Origin: Octopus bimaculoides | Taxonomy: Eukaryota | Direction: 5' to 3' | Length of the DNA stretch: 64,000 nt | Assembly: GCF_001194135.2 (NCBI RefSeq) | Contig: NC_068982.1 | Location: 96,902,822-96,966,821 of the forward strand | Part shown: in pieces, positions 12,636 through 26,317 of the stretch | Layout: every line of letters begins with the position of its first letter | Position numbering within the stretch: position 1 is the first letter of the stretch | Program-made: the position numbers and the translations under genes | The notes under the pieces: model-generated | The model's database searches: none | What the model was told of the DNA's origin: nothing | Seen by the model: the letters and a program-made list of their open reading frames with translations, nothing else

Positions 12636-12737
12636 TTTACTGACCAATAGAAAGAGTTGTTAGAACTGATTTATTGACCAATAGAAAGAGTTGTTAGAAC
12701 TAATTTACTGACCAATAGAAAGAGTTGTTAGAACTGA
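12636..12737. repeat. 34-bp tandem triplication
   Basis: tttactgaccaatagaaagagttgttagaactga x3, with two single-base variants. Confidence 0.95.
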
Positions 12738-13572
12738 TTTGCATATGATGAGCATATTACATCACCAGCTTGTGAGGCAAAAATTTAATCAGTGCAGTGA
12801 AGGTTAGTCACCTGTTTGTTTGGTACTTGGACTAACACCTAAACACTGTCTGATCAATGTGGTATGTAGAAATGAGTTTTCACAAGAAATCCAGAAGTTT
12901 TCATAAGAAACAATTGAGAAACATGTACCAATCATTCAACTCTATAACTAGTGTTTATTACTTGGATGGAGATGAAAAGCTAAGTTGGTCAAAGTGATGT
13001 TTCAGTTGAACAACTGCATGTTCTGTGTAATGTGAATTTGTCTCTTCCCAATCACTACACTAGCTCAGTTCTTGTTGATGATGATTACTACTTTTCCATG
13101 CTTGGGTTTGATGGAATTTGTTGAAGCAGATATTTCTACAGCTGGATTCCCTTCCTGTCATCAATCCTCACCAGTTTTCAAGTAAGGTAATATTTCTCCT
13201 TGGTCAGAAAAAATTTTCATGGAAGACTGGAAATGAATTACACTGCTTGTATGACAATGACATTCACCATTATTATACAATGTCAAGACGAGGAGAGACA
13301 ACCACATACACACACATTTATATACAAGCTTCCTTCAGTTTCTATCTACCAAATCCACACACATGGCTTTGGTCAACCTGGAGCTATAGTAGAAGACATT
13401 TGCCTTAAGTGCCATGCAGTGGGTCTGAACTTGAAGTCATGTAATTGGAAAGCAAATTTCTTAACTACACAACCATACCTGCACATATATTTATATATGT
13501 ATGTATGCATGCAGAGGGCACATTACCTAGTAGTTAGGGTGTAGCAACAATGTTTTTATAAATAGATTAAAC

Positions 13573-13887
13573 CAGGGGTTTTCAAACTTTTTGACTTGCG
13601 GACCCCTTTATATTTCAGGCTTTACCTTAAGGACCCCTTTATAAACGCTTATGAAATTTATACATAAATATTTGCTTAAAATAACATACATTTTTACATT
13701 TATTTATTTAACAGTATTTAACAAATAGGTTTATTGTCAATTAAAAGATTTCGATTAAAAAACATATATAAAATCAAATTGCCCATAAAAAGTATTTGCT
13801 GTCTACGGACCCCCTGTATTGTCCTTGCGGACCCCCTGTGGTCCGCGGACCCCCTGTGGTCCGCGGACCACAGTTTGAAAACCCCTG
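13573..13887. mobile_element. hAT (Charlie-type) MITE, 315 bp
   Basis: Perfect TIRs CAGGGGTTTTCAAACT / AGTTTGAAAACCCCTG and perfect 8-bp TSD GATTAAAC (13565-13572, 13888-13895). Subterminal GCGGACCCC repeats and a 20-bp palindrome at 13854-13873. Confidence 0.93.
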
Positions 13888-15489
13888 GATTAAACGATCA
13901 GATTCAGGTCTTGTTTCGATGTTTTAAACGTTTGTTTGTGCGTGTGTGTGCATGCGCACATGCATGCATAGTTAATCTAAGTGCTGTATGTAAATGCACC
14001 ATGGATGAATGGTTAAGTTTGCCTCTCACAATCACAACATGGCATATTGAGCAATAGTCTACTGTGGCCTTAGTTCAACCAGAACTTTCTAAATGAAATT
14101 GTGTAGGCAGAAACAGTGTGGAAGCCAATTGGATGGTTTGCACTATTAATTAAAAAAATACATACTTGTCACACACAATTTCACACTGACTACTTAAGGC
14201 TTTGTTGAAGGTAGAACACTAAACACAGTAGTTTCACCACTGTGGAATAACTGAGTCACTTGAGTATATCTTTTATCTTTTGATTGTTTCAGTAATTAGA
14301 CTGTGGCCATGCTGGGGCACTGCCTTAAAGAATTTTAGTTCAACAAATCAATCCAAGTACATATTTTGTTTTTTTTTAAGCTTAGTACTTATTTTACAGG
14401 TCTCTTTAGTCAAACTGCTAAATTACAGGGACATAAACACACCAACACCAGTTGTTAAGTGGTAGTTGGAGACAAGGACACACACATAGATGGATATATA
14501 TATATATACACTGATGACTTTCTTTCAGTTTCCATCAACCAAATCCTCTCACAAGATTTTGGTTGACCCGAGGTTATAGTAGAAGACACTTAACCAAGAA
14601 ACCATGCAGTGGGACTGAACCAGGAACCATGTGGTTGGGAAGCAAACTTTTTACCACACAGTCATGCCTATGTCTATAGTTAGGTTGACTGAACAACTGA
14701 AAACTCATGGTTAAAAATTCTAAGATTAATATATGTTGAAACTGGTGATCCAAGTCTCAGCGTATATTTAGATCACTGTTCAACCATTTCACTTATTCCA
14801 CATGGTTGCATTACGAAATGGCCCAAATATTTAACTGTTTAACAGCTCAGTTCAGTTCATCTAATCCTTAATAGGTCCACAGTTAGCAATGATAGGAATT
14901 TACTTCATCAGCTTGTAATACTGATCTTCAGTTCCACAGACATGAAAACCTACTCATGATACTTTACCTCCATATCCAGGGAGAAATTCTCTCTAATGTC
15001 TTTCTTACTATAGATGCCAGAACTGAATGCTGGCTCTGAAGATTTTAGACATCTCGAAAAGTTTAACCCCAGATACAAAACTGACCTACGAAAAATAGTT
15101 GTTTAGCTCAGGCCAATTCTGAGGGAGTAGACCTATGATCAATGTCTTTTCTCATATGTCAAAGAATACAATATCCAATGTGTCTTAACTTTTTCAAAAG
15201 GTGTGATTTGAGGAAGATTTGACTACTATTTTTAGCAAATCAAATGATCATATAGTTTCATTTGTTGGTTAGTCTTTTTCTGCAGGTAGAATTGAACCAC
15301 AGCCCTATTTTCAAGTAGTTTGCTGCATCTGTTAACAGTGATGAACCATATCAACTATACTACCTACTTTTGGTTACAGGGTAAGGTGTTGTGAGTGAAG
15401 TACTTTGGCTTTTGACATAATGCAATACTGATGACCATATACAAAACACTCACATCTTGGCTTTGGTTATCTGATACAAGAATATAAAT

Positions 15490-16107
15490 ATCATCATCAA
15501 CAGCCATTGTCCATGCTGGCATGGGATGGATGGTTTGACTAGAGCTGACAAGCAGGAGAGTTGCACCAGGCTCCTGTCTGATTTGGCATGGTTTCTACAG
15601 CTGGATGCCCTTCTAAACACAACCATTTTACAGAGTGTGCTGAGCGCTTTTATATGGCACTGCATGGACACTTTTACGTGGTACTGCCACAAGTACTTTT
15701 TATGTGGCATCAGCACAAGACTTGCAAGTGAATCCTCACCACCAGTGGAGGATCTAGTCTTAACACTTCTGCTGCAGAGTACAGGTCTTCTTGAGTACAG
15801 CAAGATGCCCGGTATCTCAGTCCTTTGTCGTCTTGTTCCATCTACTTTGAGAGATCGGCACTTCTTTGTGGAGCTGACAGCATCCATCTGCATCACATGA
15901 CCAAACCAGTACGATCTTCTCTCTCTCTAACACATAACAACTAATTCCGCTTATGCCTAACTTCTCTCTCAATATACTAGCACTCTGTCAAACATGTACA
16001 CTTACATTACACGGTATCTAACGGAGAATACTAGCCTTATTTCTCTTTAACCTTAGCACATCCTCAGAGACCACATCTCACTACCATGTAGAATTGCTTT
16101 CCATATA
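15490..16107 (-). mobile_element. RTE-clade LINE 3' fragment (ORF C-terminus and 3' UTR), degenerate
   Basis: Reads ...WFGHVMQMDAVSSTKKCRSLKVDG then a UTR ending in the AAGGGCATCCAGCTGTAGAAAC...catgccagcatggaca..gatgat tail. Confidence 0.8.
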
Positions 16108-18180
16108 CATCATCGTTTAACATCCGTTTTCCATGCTAGCATGGGTTGGATGGTTCGACCAGGGACTGGGAAGCCAGGAGGCTGCACCAGGCTCCAGTCT
16201 GATTGGGTAGTGTTTTTACAGCTGGATGCCCTTCCTAATGCCAACCACTCCGTGAGTGTAGTGGGTGCTTTTCACGTGTCACCTGCACAGGGGCCAGAGG
16301 AGGCTGGCAATGACCATGATCGGTTGGTACTTTTTACGTGCCACCAGCATGGAAGCCAGTCAAGGCGGTGCTGATATTGGCCACGTCCGGATGGTGCTTT
16401 TTACATGCCACCAGCATGGGTGTCACAACTACAATTTCCGTTTGATTTTCATTTTGATGTTGATGTACTTGACTCAATAGGTCTCCTCAAGCACAGCAGG
16501 TCACCCTATGATCCAAGGTACTGTTGAATGGGCTGGGGCCGGTTATGCAAAACTAGTGTCAGATACAACCGTGAACTCACTTTATTTGTCAGGTCTTCGC
16601 AGTCACAGCATAACTCCAGAGGTCTCGGTCTTTTGTCATTGCCTGTGAGGCTCAACGTTCAAAGGTCATGCTTCACCACCTCATCCCATGTCTTCTTGGG
16701 TCTACCTCTACGCCGGATTCCTTCAACAGTTTGGGAGTGGCACTTCATCATGCATCTCTCCTCACCCATCCGTAGTACATGACCATACCAGCGCAAACCT
16801 TCCTTTGATGTTGCTGCACCTCTTATGTATCCATAGCTTACACTGGGTACATCTTATGGAGTTTCTACCTACACCTTTTCTACACATCAAGCAGGGCCAC
16901 CTACCTGAGGGTGTGTGTGATGTGTTCACCTTCCTACTTACTAGAACTTTGGTCTTTGCTACATTGACTCTAAGGCCTTTCGATTCTAAACCTTGCTTCC
17001 ACACCCGAAATTTCTTTTCTAGTTCTGGTAGTGATTCTGCTATAAGGGCCAGGTCATCAGCATAGAGGAGCTCCCAGGGGCAACCCGTCTTGAATTCCTC
17101 TGTTATTGCCTGGAGGACTATGATGAATAAAAGGGGACTGAGGGCTGGACCTTGGTGGACCCCTATTTCTACCCGGAAAACTTCACTATACTCATTGCCA
17201 ATCCTAACCTTACTAACGGCCTCTCTGTATAGGGCCTGTACAGCCCTTATTAATCAGTCGTCAGTTCCCAGTTTCCGCATCGCTCACCAGATAAGGGATC
17301 AGAGGACCCTGTCAAAGACTTTCTCCAAGTCCATAAAAACTAAGTATAGGGGTTTATCTTTAGCTCGGTATTTCTCCTGCAGTTGTCGAGCCAGGAATAT
17401 GGCATCAGTGGTGCTTCTATCCACCACAAAACCGAACTGCATCTTATCTAAGCAGACTCTCTCCCTAATGAGATGGGCTGACCCCTCCATGACCTTCATC
17501 ACCTGATCCAGCAGTTTGATACCCCTGTAGTTATTTCTATCTAGATCATCACCCTTGTAGCAGTTGACTATGGTGCTGCTACGCCAGTCATTGGATATGA
17601 CTCCGTCATGAACTACCTGGTTTACAATGCGGGTGACTATGCCATAGCCCACACCACCAGATGTTTTAAACATCTCAGCAGTGATTCCTAATGGGCCAGG
17701 GGCTTTTCCTGGCTTCATACCCTTAATTGCTTTATCTAGCAGGGAGCTGTCTATTCAGATAGCTGGTCCCTCTACTGGGTCAACATTTGGCAGGTTCTCC
17801 TCCTCCCATTCATTCTCCATGTTCAGTCTTTCATAATAGCTTCTCCAAGCCTCTTTCTTTTCCGAATCATTAAAAGCAAGTGCACCATCATCCATGCGGA
17901 CACATTTCTCTCCTGTGACATCACAATTTTCTCTCACACACTGTCTTGCAATCCAAAATACTTCAGTTCTTTGGTCTTCAAGTCACTGGACATTGGCAAA
18001 CTTCTTTTCTGCTTCGCCCTTAGCTATGTATACCTGCCACCCAGCCTCCCTTTTGGCTACCTGGTACAGTTCCCTGCTACTGCCACCCTTCCAGGCTTTC
18101 CAGGCCTGTTTCTTTGCTCTAATGGCTTTGTCTACCGTACTATTCCACCACCATGTAACTCTACATACATCATACAATCT
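16108..18180 (-). mobile_element. 5'-truncated RTE-clade LINE: RT domain with stops and frameshifts, C-terminus, 3' UTR with ~60-bp repeats and (GAT)n tail
   Basis: MKPGKAPGPLGITAEM, NNYRGIKLL, MQFGF...STTDAIF.ARQLQEKY, DLEK.FDRV, ELLYADDL, GLRVNVAKTKV, Cys-rich CLMCRKGVGRNSIRCTQCKLWIHKRCS, GRPKKTWDEVV. Confidence 0.9.
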
Positions 18181-18184
18181 TCAT

Positions 18185-18365
18185 TTCACTCAGAGAGTGA
18201 AACCTTTTGTAACCAACAGTTTCCTCCTTCCTATTCTTATTCTAGCAATTACACTCTCCATACATCCTAATCCACTACTAATTTGGTCCCCTAAGTAGCA
18301 GAAATTATCTACTACCTCTAATGAGCTACCAAGGCATTTCAGAGAATCAATTTCCTGAGTTTCTA
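18185..18365 (-). mobile_element. RTE fragment (post-RT region), out of order relative to the adjacent copy
   Basis: LEVVDNFCYLGDQISSGLGCMESVIARIRIG, homologous to the peptide in 46724-47359. Confidence 0.75.
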
Positions 18366-19282
18366 TAGTTTTTATGTATCCTGTGCTTCTTCCACATAAG
18401 AACACTACTTTGTAGCATTTTATGATGTTTGTATATTTCTCAAACATTACCAATCAATCCACTTCAGGATTATAGCTAGGGAGGGTGTGGTACTGAGGGA
18501 GGTGGATTCATGTCAGGTGTTGAAAGAGGGACAAAAATAACTGTCTTGCTGTAGAGAAGATACATGGCTATCTCAGTTGGAAAGAGGAAGATGTTAGTGA
18601 TGAAGTGTCGAGGTATACTTTTAAGGTACAAAAAATAGATATATATATAAAAGAGAATAAGGACAGAGGATTGGGTGGGCAAGTTTATGAGAGTGTGAAA
18701 GGAGAGTGACAAATGGTTAAAGACAGGGATAGAGGTGAATGATGAACAAGGGTGAAGGTGATATGTAGCAGTACAAAAAAGCAACACCTAAATACAACAT
18801 GTGGTCCTTTAACCCATAGGATTCTGCTGAACCATCCAACCCAGGTCAACAAATAAAATGGTTGTAAAATTACAATAATGCTAAATTTACACAAACATAA
18901 AACAAGCTACCAAATTATTCCACTCACAAAATGTTGGTCACCTGAGGGAATGGAAAAAATTTCTCAAAGTGTTGTATTGTAGAATCAAATCCAGAAACAC
19001 AGCACTGCAAAATGATCTTAACCACACAGCTATGCCTGTACCCATTTGCAACGTCTGTTTAAGCTGTACAACTTATATTTTCAGTCTGTCTAATTACCTA
19101 AACCTATTTATCACTCAATCTTTCTTCACACTTTTTTTTTACAACATGAATTATTTAGTATGAGATCTTTTAGCTTTGGTACTTCTGTAATAACTAATTA
19201 TTATCTTTAACATCTTATTTCAGTTAAGTAAGCTATTATCAGCATCATCACCATTAACATCCACCTTCCAAGGTGGCGTGAG

Positions 19283-19725
19283 ATAGGAAGGGCATCCAGC
19301 TGTAGAAACTCTGCCAAATCAGACTGGAGCCTGGTGTTGCCATCCGGTTTCACCAGTCCTCAGTCAAATCGTCCAACCCATGCTAGCATGGAAAGCGGAC
19401 GTTAAACGATGATGATGATGATGATGATGTTAAACGAATTATTTCATGATTCTGTCGAACTGGCTCCTGTGCAGGCGGCACGTAAAATACACCATTTTGA
19501 TCATGGCCGTTGCCAGTACCGCCTGACTGGCCTTCATGCCGGTGGCATGTAAAAGCACCTACTACACTCTCGGAGTGGTTGGCGTTAGGAAGGGCATCCA
19601 GCTGTAGAAACTCTGCCAAATCAGATTGGAGCCTGGTGTAGCCATCTGGTTTCACCAGTCCTCAGTCAAATCATCCAACCCATGCTAGCATGGAAAGCGG
19701 ACGTTAAACGACGATGATGATGACG
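19283..19725 (+). mobile_element. Two head-to-tail RTE 3'-UTR/SINE-like tails with (GAT)n ends
   Basis: GGAAGGGCATCCAGCTGTAGAAACTCTGCC...CCCATGCTAGCATGGAAAGCGGACGTTAAACGATGATG occurs at about 19286-19430 and 19587-19725. Confidence 0.85.
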
Positions 19726-20353
19726 ATGATATATATTAGTAGCATAGTAACCATAAAAACTTACAGCGGTTTATGTCAATCTATCTGTAATCTTTTATGT
19801 TTTCCCTTCAAACCTTGCTCCATTTTCTCCTTGATTCATTGTCTTTTAGTTATTCTATTTTTTATCTCTACTCACTTTCCTGCATTAAACCGACTCAGTT
19901 ATTTCTTTCTTTCCTCGTCTTTACATATTTCCTTCCTCATTGCAAAATCTACCTCCACATTATTTCCCAATGAAGCAGATTTTAATTTTCCAATGTCTAC
20001 TCCAAGCTCACTGATATCATACATAAATTTTTCTCTTTCTCTATCATATGCTCACTCACTATATCTCCTTACTTATCACATTATCTCTTATTTCTCCTCT
20101 CTATCATAAAGCTGTCTTTATTCATTACACTCTCCTCTTTTACTCATATTATTTCTTTCCCTCTTGCTCTTTTCTCCACTTCTCCACATTTTTACTGTCT
20201 CGTTTGATTGCTTGTTCCATGACCCTCATTGTTGTAGCTAGTCACTGTTCTGTCTTTGTAGTAGCTGTCTCACTTACATACAATAGTGCATGTAGGCCAG
20301 TACTATCCTACCTGTGCTTGGAAGAGTTAAATCACCCCTAGAATAATATTAAT

Positions 20354-20575
20354 ACAAATAAACATAATAGAATTACTAAAAAAATATTGTCCCAAATTAT
20401 ATACTCCCCAAATTTGTATAGTAAATTAACAACAAAATATAGAATCTTTTTATAGCTATAACCCACAAATAAACATAATAGAATTACTAAAAAGCTATTG
20501 TCCCAAATTATTTACTCCCCAAAGCTGTATAGTAAATTAACAACAAAATATAGAATTTTTTGTAGCCATAACCCA
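20354..20575. repeat. 111-bp tandem duplication
   Basis: acaaataaacataatagaattactaaaa...tataaccc starts at 20354 and 20465. Confidence 0.92.
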
Positions 20576-20709
20576 ACTGTTACTTTCTATAATTTCAGAT
20601 ATTTAAAAATCAATCCTTGTGATTATTGCAATATATAATCTTATTAGCAGGGTTTTATAAATAGAAAGACTATTATAATTAATATGATCTCTCTCTCTCT
20701 CTTTCTCCG

Positions 20710-20755
<46 letters not shown>

Positions 20756-22497
20756 ATATATATATGTATTAGTTATAATCCCGACAACATGAATAGTTTT
20801 TCTGACACACTACAAGTCTAATCAGTAATAACATTTTATTTTCTTTTGTAACCTACAAAGTGCAAAATAACTGTAGATTTTCTCTGCTTTCTTCCAGATC
20901 TTTGAAATGACATCCAGGAATGGAATTGCCCAGCTGATTTAGATTTCCAATTTACTCCAAAAGAGACAAGGGAATTTTGTAAAATGTAACAGATGGCTTG
21001 GAAATGTCTTTTGTTATAAATTTCCAGACAAAAACTATTACCTTCTGAAATATGCAAATCAATATGATGAACTGAAAGCATCTTCAAAAGCTTCTATTTG
21101 GTGATAGGCAGCCACATTTAAACCAATTCTGTTGTTTGTGCTCATGTACTATTTAGCCTAGCATCAAAAAAGAAAACAAAAATCAATGTAGAAAGGACTA
21201 CATCTGATTTTAGGTTGTTGAAGGTTAATTCTGCTTAATATGTTTATTGTTAATACAGTTGGTGCCATTGAAGTACCATCAGTTACCTATATTGGATCAG
21301 TGATGCAGGCTTTAGGTCTTCAGATAAAAGTTTGCTGCTGCTTTGATAGACAATGGCAATACATTAATACAAAACGTATGTATACATATTTAAGTATATT
21401 CTATACAACAAACAAAAATACTCTGTATTTATGTTGTGTGTGTATACATTATGTATATAAAACCATGTATGTATGTTTATAGGTGAATATGAAGGTTAAT
21501 TTTATGTTTGACATAATTTAATAATAGAGACATATGTAAAGTTACACAACCATTGTAAGATGCTGCGTGTGTATGCATGACTATGTGCGTGTTTGCATAT
21601 GTTTATATTTATTTAAAGAATTTCAACAACATATCACTCAAGAATCTCAACACACTTCAAACCATCTCTAATCCAGACCATTTTATCATAACTCACACCT
21701 TAGAAATGACAACAGCATAATCTCATACTCAGGTAACACACACACATGCATCAACATAATACTAGGAGGCTTCTAATTCAACAGGTTTGGCAAAGCCAAT
21801 CATTCTCCAAGCTATATCCATAGCAGGATTTGAACAAAATACTCTTAATCAGATTTCTCACACTTGCCTTCTTCATATTCTGTCATTAAACAAACAAGTA
21901 ATTAATTCATACTTATCTTTTGATGCCCAGATACAGTTAAAGGAAAGCTCACAGGAAATTGATAGACTTTATTTCCAGAAATGCTGGACAAATAATTCCA
22001 AATGCCCAGTTTTCAATGCTAATAGTAAAATGTTACTGCAGGTCAATAAACTACATGTCAGTTATGTCCCCTTTATTTATACAGATAAGCTTTACCTTCT
22101 CTCTATTGCTTATTTACAGCTAGGACTGGGCCATTTGTGAGTTAAGTGGCATTATGGCCAATGATACAGTGTTGTGTTTGTGATACTACACGAATCATCA
22201 ACAATTCAATTGGCAGCCTGAAGTCTTAGCAATTCATGCTGCTACATCTCTTATTTAAACATCTGCATTTAAGAAAACATATATTTATTTACATCACAAA
22301 AAATAATGATAAATCAAGTCAATTGCTTATTTTCCATAATCAGAGATAACCACTAATAAATATTTCATGTGATTGAAATCATGAGAAGGAAAGAAATGAG
22401 AAGAGCTATTTATGCAGTCATCTATCTATATATATATATATCTCAATGGCAAATAAGAACAGATATTACTTCTGTATTCAAATGAATGACCTTTAAT

Positions 22498-22530
<33 letters not shown>

Positions 22531-22825
22531 ATGTTGGTGTATTTGAAAACCATGTAATATTTGATTGCAGATGATATCAATATTTCTGATAACAGTATGC
22601 TAGCTAGATTATGATCTGCAATTGTAATATGCATATTTTCTATACTTCAGCTCATCATATTCTCTACATACCATCATTACATATCCATTGAATGCTAATG
22701 AAAATCATCTTTTATAGAAGTGGAAATGTAGTTTTCATATATTTTCTTCCGGAATTGAAATTATCTTGCATATATACAAGAAACTCTAAGGTTGTGAGTA
22801 CTGGACTACTGACTACATGGTCCCA

Positions 22826-22969
22826 AGTTCAAACCACATGACAGCCAACACGTGACCCTGAGAAGGTCACCTAACTGCTAGTTTCAGTCTGCTGACAGAC
22901 ACAATCTAATCACATCAACTCCACAGTTGTAGTGATTAACAGTTGGAAGACATTCTACTGTAAATATAA
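22826..22969 (+). mobile_element. Gypsy pol-derived fragment homologous to 57450-57590
   Basis: Aligns by eye at roughly 85-90% and shares the right endpoint ...cattctactgtaaatataa. Confidence 0.65.
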
Positions 22970-22989
22970 AGTATACATTTGTATGTAGC

Positions 22990-23029
<40 letters not shown>

Positions 23030-23853
23030 TGTGTGTGTGTTGGTATGTAGTGCAAGGGCTAGTAGCATGTAGAGTGACTGGTAGTGTGGAGTGAAGTGAC
23101 CAGTAGTGTGCAGTGGACAGTGCTTCTGTGTACAGGTGACACATCTTTGAATGTGTGGTGATGGAACTGTTTGTGTGAGCATGTCAATGTGTGGTGATGG
23201 ATATGTTAGCATACCATATCTAGGCTGTTGGACAATTGTTTAATATATTGTGACAAAGCTGTGGTGACATAGTAGGCAGGCTATTTTAGTATTTTAGTAT
23301 GTGGTTTTTTATCCGGTGACAACCAAGCCTTGTATATTCCCTCGCCAAATATATCACTATTTTTGTTGTCATTATCATTAATAATATTAGAGCAATGGAG
23401 ATGGCCGAGGAAGTAGAACCAGATTTCATGTTTTACTGCATTTAGTTTCATTTCTCTGTTCTGAGGCTGACTTTGCCTTTTATTCTCACAGGATTGATAA
23501 AATAAGTACCAGTAATATGCTATATCAATTCAACTGACTTTACCCAACCCATTTTAAAAAATTGGCCTTGTACCTAGTCAAAAGAAAATCATTATTATTA
23601 ATTAATATTTGTATGTTTTTTTTCTTCAATTTTTGTTATTTCATTTTAGACATTGTTCCTTGAATAAAATGGTGATTACTCAAGAGACATATTTCTCAAA
23701 ATGAAAATATTGTTCACCCTAATTGTATTATTTTCGATAAATTGAGAGTTTCATACAAAAGTCTAAAATCTCTTTGCTTTATTTATTTATTTTTGTTTAC
23801 AGTAGTATCACTATTCAGACTCTAAAATTTGTATTGTAGATTGACCATACTTA

Positions 23854-24752
23854 CAAGGTGGTATCAATGAGTTTTCAGATGAGTTATGTTTGATAAAAAA
23901 AAGAAAAGTTTATTTACCAAAGTTTTAGCATTATCTCCTTTGAAATAGTCACCTTGCACAGCAATACACTGGTCCCTACGTTCCTGCCACTTTTGGAATC
24001 TGGCCTGGAAGTTGTTTTACACAAGCAAATCGAAGACCTTCAGCAATTCACTCTGGGTCTTGACAATGGTGTTTAAAATGGCAACCTTTGAGCTGCATTT
24101 TCATCTTGGGGAAGAGATGGAAGCCCACAGGTGCTAAATCTGGTGAATAGGGTGGGTTTGGAAGTGATACCATGTTGTTTTTGGTGAGAAACTCACGATT
24201 GAGGAGAGCTTGGTGACAGGGTATCATGAAGAATCCGATCCAATTCTTCCTGGTCCACAGATCCAGTTGCTTTCAACAAATGTTTTTGCTCTCATATCAG
24301 CAATGTCATCGATTGCACTTCAATGACCCTCATGCACAAGCTGATGAATTTTCCTCACATTTCCAGAGTTGATGCTCATGGTAGGTCTTCCAGGGATGTT
24401 CTTCCGCTTTTGAAGCACCCATACCACTCAAAACATTGTGTACAACCCATTGCCTCATTCCTGTAAGCTTGCCAAAGCATACTCAATGTCTCTGTAGCAG
24501 ACTTCCCAAGTCTAACACAAAATTTCATGTTGGTTCTTTGTTCCAACTTCCTGACCGCGACAAAATCGCAGCCTACAGCATACATGTGATCACAAAAACA
24601 CAAATTTCACAACTTGCAAAGTAAACACAGTGATGTCGCTTGGCACACTGTCTCATGATGGTCACTGTTAGCTCTCACTGTATATCCAACTGTGTGCTAC
24701 TATCTGTTGGTATGCTACAGAACTAGTCCAGGAACTTTTTGATACCATCTCG
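23854..24752 (-). mobile_element. Mariner-family DNA transposon, internally deleted and degenerate
   Basis: TA at both ends (23852-23853, 24753-24754) and imperfect TIRs (c.ag.tggtatcaa..agtt). HTH N-terminus LEQRTNMKFCVRLGKSATETLSMLWQAY...FEWY..FKSGRTSLED. Confidence 0.85.
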
Positions 24753-26317
24753 TATATTTGCATGTACATGCATCTGGATATTAATATTATCAGCTGATGA
24801 GTATTAGAAGACAAAAGTACCATATACTCACAATGAATGATACTGGAGTCAGAAAAACACTATAGAAAACTTAGGAAAAAGTAGTGAGGTGAAATCTAAG
24901 GACAAGAACCAGTACCAATACATCATCCTGCAGATCTGTTCAAACCATGTCAGTTCAGAAAACCGATCATTAAAATGAGAATGATGATGATGGATAATCA
25001 TTGAAAGAGTTGACAATTTGTATCCCATCACTAGAACTGCACTGTGTCTCTGTTAGCTAAAGACGATTAATCCTGGATGGAGAATCCAGTAAGCACCAAA
25101 AATTCTTTTTCATGTAATGTTTCTAGAGTAAGTCAGTTTAATGGTATTTATCCTTCTCAAAGTTCTATACACTTCAGTTGTCTCCTCCAATTACCAATTT
25201 AGTTCATCTGCTTACCATCGTTTATACTTCATGTATGAGTTTATGTGCATTCATATTCTAATGAATTGATTTTTGTTTTTATCAGATATTTAAAACCAGT
25301 TTCTGTAGTATTCACTAAATGAGAATAGGTAGAGGGGGGTGGTGGTCTCTGGATGTTGAACACCAGTTGAAACAGAAATATTTAAAGAAAAGATAAATAC
25401 TTCATGAATCTCTATATCTTCTGTCATCACTAAAAAGTTCTCTGCTCTCTACTTACACCAATTCATCACTTGTCTCCTAAAATCCATAAAAAAAAAAACC
25501 TTTTCCCTTAACCTATTTTCATTAAAACTTATCAATCTCACTCTCTGTTCCTGACCAATGAAATTATTAATGCAAGAATTCAAACTGAACCTTAACTGCA
25601 CTGGTTTCATTCAGCTATACTTATCCACTAGTGTGGAAGAACCTTGAAAGGCAAGGGGCACTATGCCTTCTAAATAATTTCATCTTTGAAAACAGTGCTC
25701 AGCTTATAAATTTGCTAGAAAAGAGATAGCTACAAGGCTAGGCAGTATTAAATAAAACTGGTTTATTTTGGAGGAGGAAAGTAAACAGTAGAAAATTGTT
25801 CACATAAAACTAAATAAAAACACAGAGATGAAAAAACAGAATGTGTATAAAAGAAATGCACACATGAAAGAAAAAGAGTGTGTAGGAGGGAGGAGAGAAA
25901 AACAGATAGGTGGGAGGTATATGTCTTTGCAGATGCCTTATGGATGTAAGAAAATCTCAATTCAGCTTTATTTAAGGAAAAAAAAACTTTTATAACAAAT
26001 CATATTGCAAATAATATTTGACAAAAACAGTCTTTAATATCATTCTGCAACAATTCCTTGCTTCTTTCAACAGATGTTTGATCAATGAGAAACATCACAG
26101 TTAACAGGTTTAAATTTTTAATACAAACAAATAATTAAAAAAAAAGACTTTACATTCCATGACTCAAACAGTGTACAATACATTGTATTTTATGACACAA
26201 ACCGTTCTATAACATGCAGAGCTGGATCAAGCTAATCTATGACCAGCAGCATATGTTATAGTGGGGACCTAAGTTTAAAACCTAGCTATTTTATTGGTGT
26301 GTGTGTGTGTATATATA

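Noticed and set aside
12636-12737. CRISPR-like array (34-bp repeats)
   Set aside because: The repeats are contiguous with no unique spacers, there are no cas genes, and the context is eukaryotic.
19383-19655. Recurrent MKPDG.TRLQSDLAEFLQLDALPNANHSESVVGAF ORFs as a multicopy gene family
   Set aside because: They are antisense readings of the non-coding RTE 3'-UTR/SINE tail.
24791-24820. Hammerhead ribozyme at CTGATGAG (also CTGATGA at about 8704 and 12313)
   Set aside because: No stem II followed by GAAA at a compatible distance.
26150-26270. Additional minus-strand coding exon (ttag|GTCCCC...GAAT|gtaaaa)
   Set aside because: All three frames contain stops and the donor is weak.
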